Source of the DNA: Amoeboaphelidium protococcarum X5
Taxonomy: Eukaryota > Fungi > Aphelidiomycota
NCBI GenBank assembly: GCA_023515725.1
Contig: JALDTO010000207.1
Coordinates: forward strand, 68,908 to 132,907
Direction: 5' to 3'
DNA: 64,000 bases
Shown: piece by piece, positions 26,855 through 40,924 of the stretch
Numbering within the stretch: position 1 is the first letter of the stretch
How the letters are laid out: each line of letters starts with the position of its first letter
Program-made: the position numbers and the translations under genes
The notes under the pieces: model-generated
What the model was told of the DNA's origin: nothing
The model's database searches: none
The model's input: only the letters and a program-made list of their open reading frames with translations

Positions 26855-29800
26855 TCATTGTTGTTTGTTGGAGGTGATGGATTTGAAGAGGCTCCTAATC
26901 TTCTGGCGCTGCAGCAATGTGGATAAGCGAGTGTTTTCTCCAGTAGGTTCACTACTAGAATTGTGGACCTCATTTACATTAACACCAACATTGCCGATCC
27001 AACCAATCTATCCCAGCATACCATCAGACTTCTTCTTTGCATTGAGTACTAATTACTGAGGTATTCCAGCCATCAGTGCAACGTCCAGCCCATGACTAGA
27101 TGCACTTGCACCATCAATCAATTTGTACAGAAACACGATATCTCTTCTCTTCAAATCACCGCCACTTTCATCATTGCCACCATGAGTCTAGTCAGGCACT
27201 AGAGTCTACATGTGCATGCAGCGTACATTCTTGTGACCAACATAATCTTTAGTCAGCAGAGCATAGTGAGTGCTGAATAAGCCAAGACAACGTGAAGATT
27301 CCACCAAGTAAGCAAGCACCGCAAAAGCAATAGAGTAACCATCCATAGTTCCGGTGCCTCTACCAAGCTCATCCAGAATGACAAGCGAATTTGAGGTTGC
27401 ATGTTTCAGTATCCTACTTGTCTCTGCCAACTCGACCATAAATGTAGACTGTCCAGCTATGATGTTATCATTGGCGCCGATACGAGTGAACACACGGTCA
27501 AATAGAGTCATTTCACACTTGGTGGCGGGGACATAACAACCAAGCTGGGCCATAATAACAAGAAGACAAGTTTGACGAAGCATTGTACTCTTACCGCCCA
27601 TGTTCGCACCCGTTAGAAGAATCATATTCTGTTTATCTCCACCCAGCTACAAGTTATTAGTGATAAACGGCTTGTCACTAGTTGCAGCTACACATGGATG
27701 GCTCATATCTTGAACACGGATAAAAGCATCGCACTCAGTGTGGAACTCGGGACGACAGCAATTTCCCAAAATACCACCATCTATTTTGCTGACAAGAGCA
27801 AGCGAAAGATGTGCATCGAGAACTGCAACAGCTCTCACTACCGATTTGTACAAATCGTATTGTTCATCAAACAGGGCAAGAGTATCTTTATACAATTCCG
27901 CCAGTAGGAGACTCTTTCGCTCCACTAATTCATTGTAATGGTCTACCAACTTGATCAATTCCGGAGTATAAAAGCGGGAACATTGCTTGGTACCACTACG
28001 CTTGGACCACATCTCAGGAACTTTCCGCACTAGAGAACTAGGAACTTCAATTTAAAACAGTTCCTTACCGATATCTTTGAATCGCAACTCGGAAGATCCA
28101 AGCAGCTTTTGCTACTATTTCAAATACTAATTCAAAAGAGTCAACTGATCATCCACTCTTTACACTATAGAATCAAACTGCTCATTGATGCCACCAATTA
28201 AAGAAAACTCATCCTTTTAACGCGCAGCATTGATATCAAAGCTTAAAGCCACCTATTCTAAAGAGGTTTTCAAACTACTGAGTGGCACCTGTTATACCAG
28301 AGTCTTTAAGCCAGATTACCAGCTATCAGCAGCTTCTAACAAATGACTGTTAAATAAATTATGGATAGCACAGAATCCATCAATAACTTTCACAAAGTCC
28401 TTCAACTTTATGCTCTTTGAGTGAATTCTGGTAATCAAACGTTCGAGATCCGGGAGTTTACCCAGAACCTTCTATACAGTACCGACACAATCTAATTAAG
28501 AAAGATCGTCAATTGCATCAAGTCTGTCGTTGATCTTTCCAATATCAAACAACGGATGACACAGCCATTATTAAAACAACCGCTTACCAAAAGGAGTCGA
28601 ACATTTATTCAGTAGAGAGAACAAAGAGCCGGCAGCTTACCCGTCAGTAGTAGAGAAAATCTCCAAATTCAACAAAGACTAACCATCAATGATCAGAGAT
28701 TACTAGAATTGGAGAGGATCATACTAAATCACTGAGCACTGAGTTAACACTTACTAATCCAAGTTCAATGATTGCAGATAGTAAATGATCGCACCAAGGG
28801 ATGATAGAACAAGTTCATTCTGAGAACAATTAACCAAAGATTAAGAGTATTCATGCCTTGCTATTTCATCCAAGGCTTTAGGCGCATCGTAAAACTATTC
28901 GTACATGATCAATGGAGTCATTTGAACATTGTTAGGAAGAGAGGACTTGATGAGCTTCACGACTTTTGGACTAAGATTATTCTTACCGAATAGGATTTCC
29001 TTTGGTTTACACTAGGCCAACAGAGTCTCCAGTACACTCAAGTCATCCAAGTGACAGAAATGTAAGTCATTCGTACTAGCGTCCAACAGTACCAAACCAT
29101 ACTATCCATTCTATTCTTTAATGGCCAGGCAAAAGTTGCTAAGATCATCTTTAATCATTGAGGAGTCAACAAGTGTGCCCTGAGTAAGAACACACGTCAA
29201 CTCTCTTCTAACAATGTCCTCCTTTTCTTGTACACCATCACGGTCTTTAATCTACTTCCCCAGAGACGTTTCCATCTAATCGACACGGCTCACTTTATAT
29301 CCACTCTCAATAAACTTGCTGGCCCAATAATCGAAAGAATTCTGGGGCACACCAACCATTCTCATCACACCACGTTGCGTCAACTTGAGATTAAATAATT
29401 GCGCGCCAATATCAGCATCATTTTCAAATAATTCATAGAATTTGCCCTTCTGAAAGAACAGAATGGTATCAAAGTGCTCACTCTTTATCTTCCAGTACTA
29501 ACGCTCAAATGGAGTACAATTTCTGTAAAACTTTTCCGGCACATGGATAGTAGACGCATCATACAGTTCATCAACTGGGCGTCTCCCTTACGAATCCTTC
29601 TTATCATCCAACCACTTGTACTTCTCATCTTCCTACCGGATCTTTTTGGCGGCGGACGCGGAGACTGCAGGGGATGAGGCAATGCAAGGAGTTGATTGAG
29701 GCTCATCATATTTACGTTTCAATGCAGGCTGTCTAGGAGTACTGAATGAAGATTACTTGCCAATTGAAGATAAATTATCCATACGATATGTATTTTCTTC

Positions 29801-29971
29801 CTCTGAATTGAGCATGACCGTTCTAGGAGTTGCAACAGACTTGACACTGGATGACATCATTGTTACATTAGGTGTCTTGAATGAGGATCCAGCATTGTTA
29901 CTCTGAGCAGAAGTCTTGGTCTTTGGAGTAAAGAAGGAATTCAACGTAGCCTACCTGGAATTCTTACTCAT
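26855..29971 (-). CDS. MSH6: DNA mismatch repair protein MSH6 (1038 aa)
   Basis: N-terminal PIP box [TAG][51 protein letters not shown]. Confidence 0.95.
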
Positions 29972-30011
29972 ACTTTTCTTGTACAGTACTGGTTGCAATA
30001 TAGTCGAAACT

Positions 30012-30038
30012 AGAGAGAGAGAGAGAGAGAGAGAGAGA
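30012..30038. repeat. (AG)n microsatellite upstream of MSH6
   Basis: About 13 perfect AG units. Confidence 0.9.
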
Positions 30039-30121
30039 CACTGGATGAAAAGATAAAGAACTTTGTTTCGCGCGTCAGTCAAGAGAGGAAAGTGAAAGAA
30101 AGAGGAAGAGAATGGCGCGCG

Positions 30122-30283
30122 TGAAACACCTCGACTGGAGATCAAAACAAAATTTGGTTTCAAGATCTGTTTCAGACTGGTAACATTGAAACCACAGTCC
30201 GTCAACACAATGCTCGTAGGCGACGCGTTACGAATACGGCAGGTCGGAACCGTTTCAAGCAATGTTCATGGCGCGACTATAAA
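30122..30283 (+). promoter_or_regulatory. Cluster of five TGAAAC/GTTTCA hexamers plus TATA box
   Basis: Hexamers at 30122, 30157, 30169, 30187 and 30252; TATAAA at 30278-30283, about 105 bp before ATG 30388. Confidence 0.55.
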
Positions 30284-30387
30284 TTCCCTTTTAGACAATG
30301 CCCATTGTTCTCCTCAAACTTATCTATCAACTTGCACAGTTATCCATCAGTCTCTTTTACTCGATACAATACCAATTATATATAGTC

Positions 30388-31280
30388 ATGTCTGTTATCC
30401 GCTTCATTCTCGCTGCTTCTGCACTAAGTTCTCTGGCTGTATCAAGGGCGGTGGTGCCTACTCAGTTCTGCAATCTAATTCCATCTGGTAGCTACTGCAA
30501 TCCAAGCAACTAGAGGGTGGTCATCAACTGTCCTGCATCTATCCAAACTTGGTGCCCTCAAGACAGTGTCTGTGTGGAACGTCCATTGCGAAACGGAAGT
30601 GTTGCTACTTGGTAAGCTTGTCTTTATTTAGACATATAGTTAATGAAAATTGTTTACGAGATTGATTTGAAATGTAGCTAAAAGAATTACAAGTCGCTCG
30701 CCATTGACTCCTGCGTTGGTGTAACAGTAAAGTCATCCAAGTGCCTTGATGAAACTACCATTGTCGAATGCCCAAGAGCTAACGTGTTCAAGTGTTCTGC
30801 CGGTCTCAAATGTGTTAAGCGAGGATTTCGCGCCTACTGCCAAACACCAGGTAAGCTCTCTGTGTATTCGTCAAATTCTGTATCAATTGAGACAAATTGT
30901 TCAATGTCTGTGTAGATCTTCCAGCTGGAGCTCAAGTTGATGTTTGCGCTGGATATGACAGTAAGGATAAGCCAGAGAAGCAGGTGTGTGATGTGATTAA
31001 TCTAAGGAAAATTGTCACTTGCCCAACTGGAAAATCATCTCTATGCCGAACTGGATTCGTCTGCAGTCTGGTGAATGGAACTGCTGGATGCGTACCATGG
31101 GCTCAATCAATGAACTAGTTCTGCTCAAACAAGCCTCTATTCAGCTCTTTCTGTGTCCCAAGAGATAACGAGATTCCTCAAGAGTTTGTCGAGTGTGGAT
31201 AAATCCCAAGAGTAGTTTCCTGTCCTGAGCGCTCTCGTAATTGTGTACAGAAGAATGGCATCACTTCTGAGTGCTTTTGA
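30388..31280 (+). CDS. Secreted protein with four tandem 6-Cys repeats, 2 introns
   Basis: Signal peptide MSVIRFILAASALSSLAVSRA. Introns 30612-30677 and 30851-30915 (GTAAGC..TGTAG). Repeat pattern FC-x(6-7)-YC..I-x-CP..C..C..C. Confidence 0.8.
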
Positions 31281-31376
31281 TTATCCAGTCCAATCCGTGA
31301 TGGTGCATATAAGTAATGAAATGATGCATAGTGATGCTTTTATTGTTATTGAATGAATATTTATCATGTTTTAAAT

Positions 31377-32480
31377 TCAACTACTTTCAATTGTCCATCC
31401 AAGATTCTACTTTGCCATAAATGGAACAACTTTGATGCTTTCATCTTCCGTCTTTACGAATGAAGAGACTTAGCAGTCTCCTTTGATTAAAATTAATTTT
31501 GATGGTTCCGGCATAGATTGTAAACCAAACTGTAATTAATAATTCTTCTCCACCTGCTCTCTGTAAATACTCAGTCCTCTGCTGTGGGTAAACTGAGTCA
31601 TAACGCGTTAGAGATCAGAGGATGGCACGTTCATAACATCGCTGAAAGTATAAGCCAGGTATTGAGCCAAGTATTTGCTGGTGAATATTCCCGCACATCC
31701 ACCTTCCAACTTCTTATCCACGGGGTGTGGTGCAGAATCGCTACCTAAAAAGAATGCAGGATCATTCAGTGCAGCATCGCGAAGTGCCATCACATCAAGC
31801 GGATACTTGGCCACCGGTTTACAGTACTTGTGCACATAAACAATATCATCAACGGTGAGGAGTAGATGATGCGCAGTGATAGTTGCTCCTACATTCAAGT
31901 TACCACCAGATCGAACTTCCTTGACAGCATCCACAGCTGCTTTGGTGGTGACATGTTCCAGAACAATCTTGAGCCGCGGATACTTATTGGCCAGAGATTT
32001 GAACGTGGGCAAGAACTTCTCCTCGGCATTCATGATACAAGTATTAGAGGCAAAACAGGACCCCACCTCACCATGCAGCATTAATATAAGACCGTGATCT
32101 TGCATCGCTGAGAAGACTTCATCGAACGTATCCAAGATCTGATCAGATACTACACCAGCAGATGAGTTGGTAGTCACGCCCTGTGGATACATTTTCACTC
32201 CCACCACACCATGGTGTGATGCCTTCTCAATCTCTGCGCGCGTCAGTTCATCATTCAGATATAAAGTCATTAAGAAGAGGGTCTTATCGTCCAATCGCTT
32301 CAGCTTATCGCGATACTCAACAGCCATCTCAGTGGTGGTAATCGGGGGTACCAGATTTGGCATTACAGTGCACGTCTACACTCCACCTTCTCTAACGCAA
32401 GGCACCACCATCTCCATCATCTCCCCGTCTCTCAAATGGATATGAAAATCATTCATCATTGAAATCTCCAATCGCTCCAT
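31377..32480 (-). CDS. URA4: Dihydroorotase (monofunctional, PyrC/Ura4 type)
   Basis: DFHIHLRDG, VMPNLVPP, VKMYPQGVTTNS, LHGE, LEHVTT, TITAHHL, CKPVAK, LGSDSAPH. Confidence 0.95.
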
Positions 32481-32493
32481 TTTATTATAGTCT

Positions 32494-32531
<38 letters not shown>
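32494..32531. repeat. (TAC)n trinucleotide microsatellite just upstream of the URA4 start
   Basis: About 12 perfect TAC units. Confidence 0.9.
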
Positions 32532-32694
32532 GGACATTTCACTTTAACTTGATAAAAAGAACGGGACAATACTCTCTTAGATGGAAGTTTCTCTTTCAAA
32601 AATCAAAAATTTAAATTCTTCTCCACTGTGAAATTAAAGAATTCACTGCATAAAGCAATAGAACTGAATTTATAATATTAGTATAAGTATTAAA

Positions 32695-34347
32695 ATGAAG
32701 AGAAAAGGAGATGATGAACAGTCACCTAGATAGGATAAGTAGTTTAAATCACTCAAGAAGGATGAGGATTTTACTCAGTTGGTACGGCGCATCAAGTAGA
32801 GATCGTAGAAGAGAGTTGATAACAAGCGTCTTACCCAGTCCAATAAGTCTGATGGTCAGAAGTTGTCTTTTATGTATTATGGACCAAATATAAAGTCTAG
32901 TTTGATGGCTGTAAATTAGGTTGATCCCCATGACTTGCCGCCTTTTATGAAGATTAAAGCTCAGTTGGCTCATTAGAAGACAATGGCATTGCCTTCGAAC
33001 GTGTAATAATAACCTTCTGCATCTGTTAGTGCTGATTAGAATAGAGTTCCTGATTAGTAGCTATCAGGTACTGCATAGACTTTGTTAAAAATAATTAAAA
33101 AGACTTCCCCTCAGAGATTTTAATAAGAGAAGAATACTCCTAAAAGTGCATAAGATTTGAGATCTGATAGTCGTGGTTCAATAGCTGCAAACTCTAGCTT
33201 TGTTGTATCTTCATCTCCACTCTAATAGAAGCCTCCACTTTAGAAATCTTATCTTAAATCTAAGCCTTCTGCTATAGAAGAATAGTAATTACAGTAGGAG
33301 AGTCGCGGGTGTAATAAGCCTTATTAGCCACCGGTAGACGCTATTCAAGTTGAGGACTTGGAGCCTGAAGTTATTGATTTGACTTCAAGTCCAGAGGCGG
33401 AAAAGAAGTATTAGCCACCACCGCCCGCGACTGATGGTGGAATTAAGATATTGGGCTCCCTCGGTCATTTGGTGAGGAAGGATGTGTGGAATTGTGATGT
33501 ATGTTGTGCAGAGAACAAGTTGTCTGATGCAATGTGTCTGTGCTGCGAGACACCAAAGCCTGGTAGTTAGTAATAGCAATAGTAGTAGTAGCCTTCAGTA
33601 CTAGCTGCCGTCAAACCGCCAGTATCAGAACCTGCTGTGAAAATTATTGGATCTCTTAGCCATCTGGTGTAGAAAGATGTTTGGAATTGCGACGTTTGTT
33701 GTGCTGAAAATAAAAACTCCACTCTAATATGTCTATGTTGTGAGGCTCCTAAGCCTGGATCGGAGTAAAAGTCGTCTGATTTATAGCAGGCGGGAAGTTA
33801 ATAGTTGTCTGACATTGCACCACCGCAAGCATAAATCACGTCTGGTGGATTCAGATTTGGAGATGGTGGTGCTGTAACCTCCTAGCAGAGTATTGCTTCA
33901 CCGGCATTTACATTTGGATCAAAGCCTCAATCTGACTAAAATGTTAACAATCAGACGTTAACATCCGCTCCAGTTACCTTTCAGTTTAAAGGGTTTGGAA
34001 CTCCCTCTACTACAACTACTACTACTATCACTGCTTAAGATACATAGACCAAGCCGGTTGATTCTAAAGATGATTAGAAAACCGCTAAGGAGGCACCAGA
34101 TTAGTTACACACTTCCTCGAATAACAAATTGCTCTAAGTGTCAGCGAACAGCGATGCAAATGCGGATGAGATGAATGACGAACAGGATGAGTAGACTACT
34201 GATAATGCTTAGAAGTCTTATGAGTAGAAAACCTTGATTGATTCTCTTCCTCAGTTTGAATTCAAAGTTGACGCGTTATAGGTTGACTTTGAACCAATGC
34301 CTTCGTCTGTGCTGAATGAGGCGTCGCTATTTTCGTTCGCTGTCTGA
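32695..34347 (+). CDS. Nup153/Nup1-like nucleoporin with two RanBP2-type zinc fingers (550 aa)
   Basis: WNCDVCCAENKLSDAMCLCCETPKP and WNCDVCCAENKNSTLICLCCEAPKP; GFRFG, AFTFG and FxF motifs. Confidence 0.7.
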
Positions 34348-34414
34348 TCAAGTCGCTGCTGCGGTTGTTGTTGTTGCAACTAATATTAAACATTGAACAT
34401 TAATAAAGTAAAAT

Positions 34415-35644
34415 ATGACTATCCCATCCGATTGCGCTTTCTCTTAAACTTAAATAGATTCTATTAGGCAGCAGGCTTAAGGAATTTAGTAGTAATTATA
34501 AAGTTTGAAGGTCGAGGAAAACAGTGAAGAGATTGATTAAAGCGTACAGTTTTGGTGTGCATTGTCGCGGTTAATTAATGCTCCTCAAGATTATTTTAAT
34601 ACTGCAATATACGCTCTAGTACCACCGCTGGATGAATTCATTAAACACGAGGCGGATGGAAAGTATTGCTCGCGGATTGGCATGCCTATACTGAACAAGA
34701 AGGCGTTCATTCGCATCCAATTGTAGCAGAAAATGTAGTGTATTGATTATTCTGAAATTTAACGCGTACTAAAGCGGGCTAATTAAATAAAACTTTAGTT
34801 TTAAATAGGCGGTGGTCGCTCAAGGGAATACACTTATGAACTTGATAAAACTGCCGTCGCTGACTTGGAAGTATCTTTAGAGGAACTACCACTCAAACTA
34901 CAGGTGTAACTAAAGTTTAAATTCATTAAATCGCCTCAAATACATTTAGATGCAGACGGTATACTTTATCTATTTGATAACTGTATCATGTGTTATGGTT
35001 AATCTTATGCAATTTGTAGAATGGTTTACAGCTGTGATTGAAACGCGAAGATTTGACGTTTTAGACTTTGCTGTACCTGTACTATAACGGCAGTCTCCCA
35101 TGGATAAAAATGTTCAATATATCGCGTCTTATGTTGATTAAGACGACAGTAGAGATAAATAAAATGACTTGATATAGATAGAGAGGCAAATCCATTTTGC
35201 CGTTGTAAATGTAAACAATGTCCAAGATTTGAACTCTCTATTGTCCGTTTTTCTCTCTGGACCATCTATGTAAGTTATACTACCGTATGAGGTGAATCTT
35301 CGATCGTAACAATGAGTGTATGTAGACATTATCTGGAAAGAATAATTGAAAGCCCTCAAAATGCAAATTTCGTTATTCCACCTTATGGTCACCGAATGAA
35401 TATCCATTCGAAGATCCATGAAACGCGTTAAAGTGGACTATTTAGAGTTTCAGTGTCAGTGTCTTCTGTGGGGACACAAACTACTGTTGATCTGGTACAT
35501 GATGCTTTATGTCAACGGCTGAGATACTTGCAACAGAATAACATCGAAATTGCTAAAGGAGTTATGATAGATGATATAGTTAACGATGATGATGATGGAC
35601 TCATGAGAGATGATCGAGTCGATATTGTGGATCTGATTGATTGA
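34415..35644 (+). CDS. Hypothetical protein (~370 aa), 2 introns
   Basis: Introns 34959-35019 and 35270-35325 (both ending TGTAG) restore one frame through ORF 35453..35644. Confidence 0.6.
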
Positions 35645-36002
35645 TTGATGAACGATATTGCCGATGTTTACGCGACGGAGGTTTTCGAGATTTCAGCTAC
35701 GCTTGTCTGTTCCTCATTTCGGGAGGCGTTTACATAGTGTATTGTCATCTTATTCCATAATCTCAAGTTCGAAATGATATTATCGCTGTTGTTGAAACAT
35801 CAAACCGCTCAAAGATGATGACGTAATGGCTTCCGCATGAAGATCTCGCCATCGCAGCAGCTTGAGCCCCTCTTCCTAACAACCACCTGTGTCTCTTTTT
35901 GCAATAAAGTTAAAGTTTACTCTTCTCTTGAACTTCTATTATTTTTTAGTCGTAAACTATTGCCAAGATATAATAAGCAGTTGTGATTTTTTAAATCTTG
36001 AA

Positions 36003-37967
36003 ATGTCTGAATTTAATCAAAATAGCATTGTGATTGACGTTAATGCGGACATTGTTTCGACTCCTGACAATCAGTCCATGGCTATGGATACGGTAGGCCA
36101 GTCTAAATCTCGATCGACTGGTGCCACTGATCCCTCTGCAGTAGATCAGCATGAACCTATCACTCTGTCTTGGTCAAATGTTTCGTACTCGGTTGATGTT
36201 GGTGGGCAGAAGAAGCGTACACTGTTGCAGGATGTCAGCGGTATTGTAAAGCCCGGCGAAGTGGTAGCCATTATGGGTGCATCCGGAGCTGGAAAGTCGA
36301 CACTTCTTAATGTTTTGGCTGGTAGGATTGGTGCCGGGGATCTGAATGGTGAAATATTGGTAAACGGGCGTCCAAGAGATCCTCGTAATTGGAGAAATGT
36401 TATGGCCTTTGTTGAGTAGGATGATCTGCTATTTGATAATCTCACCGTGAAAGAGACCATTTTATACTCTGCCAGATTACGTCTCCCTGGTAATGCAGCA
36501 GGTAATAAGAAGAAGGATTTTGAGGATAAGAAGCGCCTCGTTGATGACATTATACAGGAGTTATCACTAACCAAGTGTCAGGATACAAAGATTGGTGGTA
36601 CGGAGAAGAGAGGAATATCGGGAGGTGAGAGGAAGAGAGTTAGTATTGCCGTGGAGTTGATCACCCAGCCAAAGCTTCTATTTCTGGATGAACCTACATC
36701 AGGCCTGGATGCTTTCACTGCCTCTAATATAGTAAGTACAGTGAAGAAATTGGCAGTTGATAGTAATCGCGCTGTGATTATGACTATCCACTAGCCACGT
36801 GAGTACATTTTGACTCTGTTCGATAAGCTGATTCTGCTGAGTGAAGGCAAAACTGTGTTCTTTGGACCGGTGTAAGGAGCTATTCAGCAATTTCAGAATT
36901 GTGGGTTCTCTATTCCGCCCAATACTAATCCGGCAGACTTCTTCTTGGATTTGATGACTATTGATATGCGGTCCGAGAAACTAAAGCAGGAGTCTATCGA
37001 GCGTAATCGTGTGCTGCAGGAAGCCTGGTAAGCTGAGCCGCCGCAAGTTGTTAAATAATCTAGTGGTACGGACATAAATGGTACTAAAGATAAAATGCTG
37101 GGTAATTCTTGGGCTAATCCATTTGTTCATGAGTATTTTATTCTGCTGGAACGTAACGTTAAGGATGTCATGAGGGACAAGATCACATTATTTGCCACCA
37201 TCGCTCAAGGTGTTATCAATGCAATCATTATCGGATTCATATTCTTTCGGATGGACACTTCTTTTGCTGGTATTCAGAACAGAATTGGATCTCTGTTCTT
37301 GATCATTATTAATTAGACATTTGGTAATGTTATGCCCGTGATTGCAGTGTTCACTCTACAAAAAGCTATCGTGAAGAAGGAGCGCGCCGCTGGTACATTC
37401 AGGGCAATCAGTGCCTATTTGGCAAAGATCTCTTCCTAAATACCGCTAGCTCTGTTCGGTACTCTGGTATTCTGTGTACCTATTTATTGGATGCTTGGTC
37501 TATAGGCTACTGCAGTTCGCTTCTTTACATTTGTGGCCATTCTGTGTTTACATACTGTTGTGGCGACACTTCTCGGTATTGCCATCTCTTCTGGTGCGCC
37601 ATCAGTCAGAGTTGGTCAGATTATTGCGCCACTCTCGATCATTGTGTTTATGATATTCGCCGGTCAACTAGTTAATGTTGACTCTGTGACAGTTGTCCTT
37701 CGCTGGATAAAGTACACTAGTTTTGTCAGGTACTCCTACTCTGCCATAGCTGTGAATGAATTCAGCGGTCTCAACTTTGAATGCCCAACGCCTCTGCCTG
37801 GATGTGTTTAGACAGGTTAGAGTATTCTTGATCAGTTCTCTCTGGTGGCATTCCCGAGTTCATTATGGTATTGTCTGCTGGTAAATGCTGGCATTGCATT
37901 GATCTTCATGGTTGGCGGTTATCTATTGTTTGAGCTAAAGTCTCGCCCATTAATGCGCTTGAAGTGA
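36003..37967 (+). CDS. ABCG/White-family half transporter (654 aa)
   Basis: Walker A GASGAGKST, Q-loop FVE-[TAG]-DD, signature ISGGERKR, Walker B LFLDEPTSGLD, H-loop TIH-[TAG]-PR, C-terminal TM domain. Confidence 0.95.
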
Positions 37968-38145
37968 TTAGTATAAACTGGTACTTTTTCACTATGCGAT
38001 AACATTTTGGTGTGACAGGACGAATTAATAAAACTCTATCATCAGACTATTAGTATAACTATTAAATTCAGGGCCTAATGCAATATTTAGCAAATTTAAA
38101 AGTTTATTATAGCCTCATCAACAGCTGAATCAATCAATCAATTAA

Positions 38146-39472
38146 TCATCTTGGTGGCACCATCGGTCTGTTCAACGCTTCATTGCTCTTCTTCACCGGT
38201 GGTAGAGGAGCGGGCCTTCGACCAGCCGGTGGACTAACTTTCATTTTACTTGTGCCACTTGTGAGGCTAAATTAATTCGCAATTGAGGATCCTGTCGATG
38301 CGCCACTATGATAAATTTTGACCGACTATACAAATGGTCTCGGTTGAGGCAGATCCCCCACCTCATGAAACTTCCATCTACCCTCGCTTTCAAACGATCC
38401 ACCATGTGCATTTTACTATTACCGCGCCTGCGATGATGAACTAGTTGAAGATACCACCGAAATTTATGGAATAGCTGGTGCTTATTAAATTCTGCTAGGA
38501 GTAGGCGGAGCAGGTGCTTTCCTTTCCATTGGAGGAGTCTTGATAGGCGTACGATTAGGAACAGGTGGAGGCACTTTCGGAGGTGCAACCGAGGCAAATG
38601 GCAAAGATGGAGGGCCGGACAGAGCAGGTGCAGCCGGCTGAGCAGGCCTCGAAGGTGGCACAGGTGGCGGGGCTCGCTTACCAGGTACACTGCTCCTACG
38701 AGACATATCCTCCTGGGATCTATTGACAGATTCTGCTGAAGGCGATTTAAGCATCGTCAGCGGTGGACCTGCGGGTTCATTCAACTTTTCTACAGTAATC
38801 GCATAATCATTAACACAATACAATTCAACAATTAATATATATCTAAGTATAGAAACATACCTTTAGATACTGCCGGCTTAGGCAAAGTAGGAGGAGGTAC
38901 AGCAGGTGGTTTCCTACCGCTTACAGGGGGAGGACCTGTAGAAACAGCTGAGGTGGTAGCAGGAGCAGGCTTAACCACTCCAGGTACAGGACCAGGTCGA
39001 GCAGGGAGTGCAAACGCTGGCCTACTTGGAGAACTAGCGCTAGCTCCACTATTACCATTTGATAAAATACTACTTGTATTTGAATCCAATTTCTCGTTTG
39101 ATTTTTTAGTCGACTTCAACTTGGGCATGCCACCAGCAAACAATCCGCCCAATTACGGAGCACCGCCACTGGCAGGCTATGCAGAAGATCCTCCTCCACC
39201 TATACTTTGAGTCGCAGAACTATTCTTAGGAGCTACATTAAGTCATGATCACATGTACAAAACATACTTGATATTAAAGTCAATAGTATCATTATCCAAC
39301 CTTCAATAACAGGAGCAGACTTGTCAACAGTTTCCACATTTTTCAACCTGGCTCCTTTCTAAATCTACTTTAACAACTAGTTTCTATCTTTACCAGCAGG
39401 TGGTGGAGCACTTGAAGCCTCAAATTTAGGTACTGGAGGGGCGGCAGGTGGTGGTGGAGGTCCTGGTGACAT
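38146..39472 (-). CDS. VRP1: Verprolin/WIP (WASP-interacting protein), 2 introns
   Basis: N-terminal polyproline, WH2 domain (LLKQIQKGARLKNVETVDKSAP), GGLFAGGMPKLK, C-terminal EGRWKFH..DLPQPRPF..KIY. Introns 39233-39300 and 38790-38860. Confidence 0.88.
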
Positions 39473-39781
39473 TTTTCTATTATTAAATTAATAATTTAAG
39501 GCTTTAACGTTGAACAAAAAGAGAACAATCACTGAGAGAATGAAAGATCAGCGCTCAAAGTTTCTCAATCAGGGAAAGAAAGAAAATGCGCTCATGAATC
39601 TAAATCCGAATGATGACGAATTGTCAAAGTTAACTTACCAAGATGTTCATTATTTAATGTTGCCTATTCAAGATAGAAATTGATTGCCTATCATTATAAT
39701 AAGGCGCAATGTTATATCTTCATCTTGCGAAATGAGAAGTTTGCATATTCAAAATCAATCTATTTATTCTATACTATTCAA

Positions 39782-40924
39782 TCAAATATCGTCAAGTTCA
39801 ACGAGAGGCTTCTTAGGCTTTGAACGCTTCATAGTGCCACCTTTCTTCTCAGCAGGCTTTGCTTTGGTGCTTTGGGTCATGGTGGATGCGCGTTTGCTGC
39901 GATCATCAGCTCTAGTGTCTTTTCTCATCGAAGATTGAGTTCTAGAAGCTTTCTTGAACTCTGAGACTGACATTCTCTTCACAATACGGTCTGCATCGGA
40001 ATCGGTAGTAGTGTCTGAACCAGTTACGGATTCATCATCCGAGTCAACATTACGCTTAGCCATCAAATCGCGCTTAGTCAAGCTGGAGCGTCTCTCATTC
40101 TTGGCCTAGGTGGCATTAGTTGGAGCCTTCTTGGCATCCTTCTCACCATTCTTTGTAGTAGTAGTAGTATCAGGCTTCTGAGTCATTTTACTCTTTGCAG
40201 CCATAGTAGCAGTAGTTGAAGCAGCAGCAGTCTTACCAGCCTTACTAAATGGTGCGTATCTCTTGTTGTCACTTGGCACAGTGGCACCATCACCGCCAGC
40301 ATCTGGTCTCTTCTCACCGAACCAACCGGCGCGGTTACTACTTCTTGCCATAGCCTCCTCCTGAGCCTCGATATCTTGAGCATTAGATGGCACCTTCTTG
40401 ATACGCATAAAGAAAAAGTAACCCATGCCGACGACAACCAGAATGATACCAACCATCACAGGCCAGAATGTTGCTGGTGGATACGCACCAAGTGGACCCA
40501 GATTGACATAACCATCAGGTGCACCATCGGAAGTAGGCGTGACAGTACCAGCAGTATCGAATCCCTTACACCAGGTGGCACTCTCACAAGTCTCACCATT
40601 GGCTTTCACAGTTACCTGCGGCATACCATTAGAATTACCAGGAGTGAACAAGGTGAATGTACCATTGAAGATGGATGACGCGCCATACGTACAAGTAAAA
40701 TCAAATGCACTTGTTCCAGATTTACAAGATCTTGGAGACCCCTTGACCAGGTAAGATGCTGGAAATACAACTGATATATTTGAGTTTGTCTTTAGAGTAG
40801 AGACAATAGCTAGATTCAAGTCGAAATTGCTAACCGACAGAAATTTAGGCGTTGGAGTGTAACAACACGCGCCATACACCGAGGAGATCAATGCAGCAGC
40901 AGACACCACAAAGTGTTTCAACAT
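39782..40924 (-). CDS. Type I membrane protein of unknown function (380 aa)
   Basis: Signal peptide, Cys-containing ectodomain, TM FWPVMVGIILVVVGMGYFFF, basic K/T/D-rich tail. Two ORFs joined through TAG. Confidence 0.8.

Noticed and set aside
36146-36574. Long antisense ORFs in the track (e.g. 36146..36574, 44811..45230, 26368..26706)
   Set aside because: They are shadows of well-supported genes on the opposite strand.
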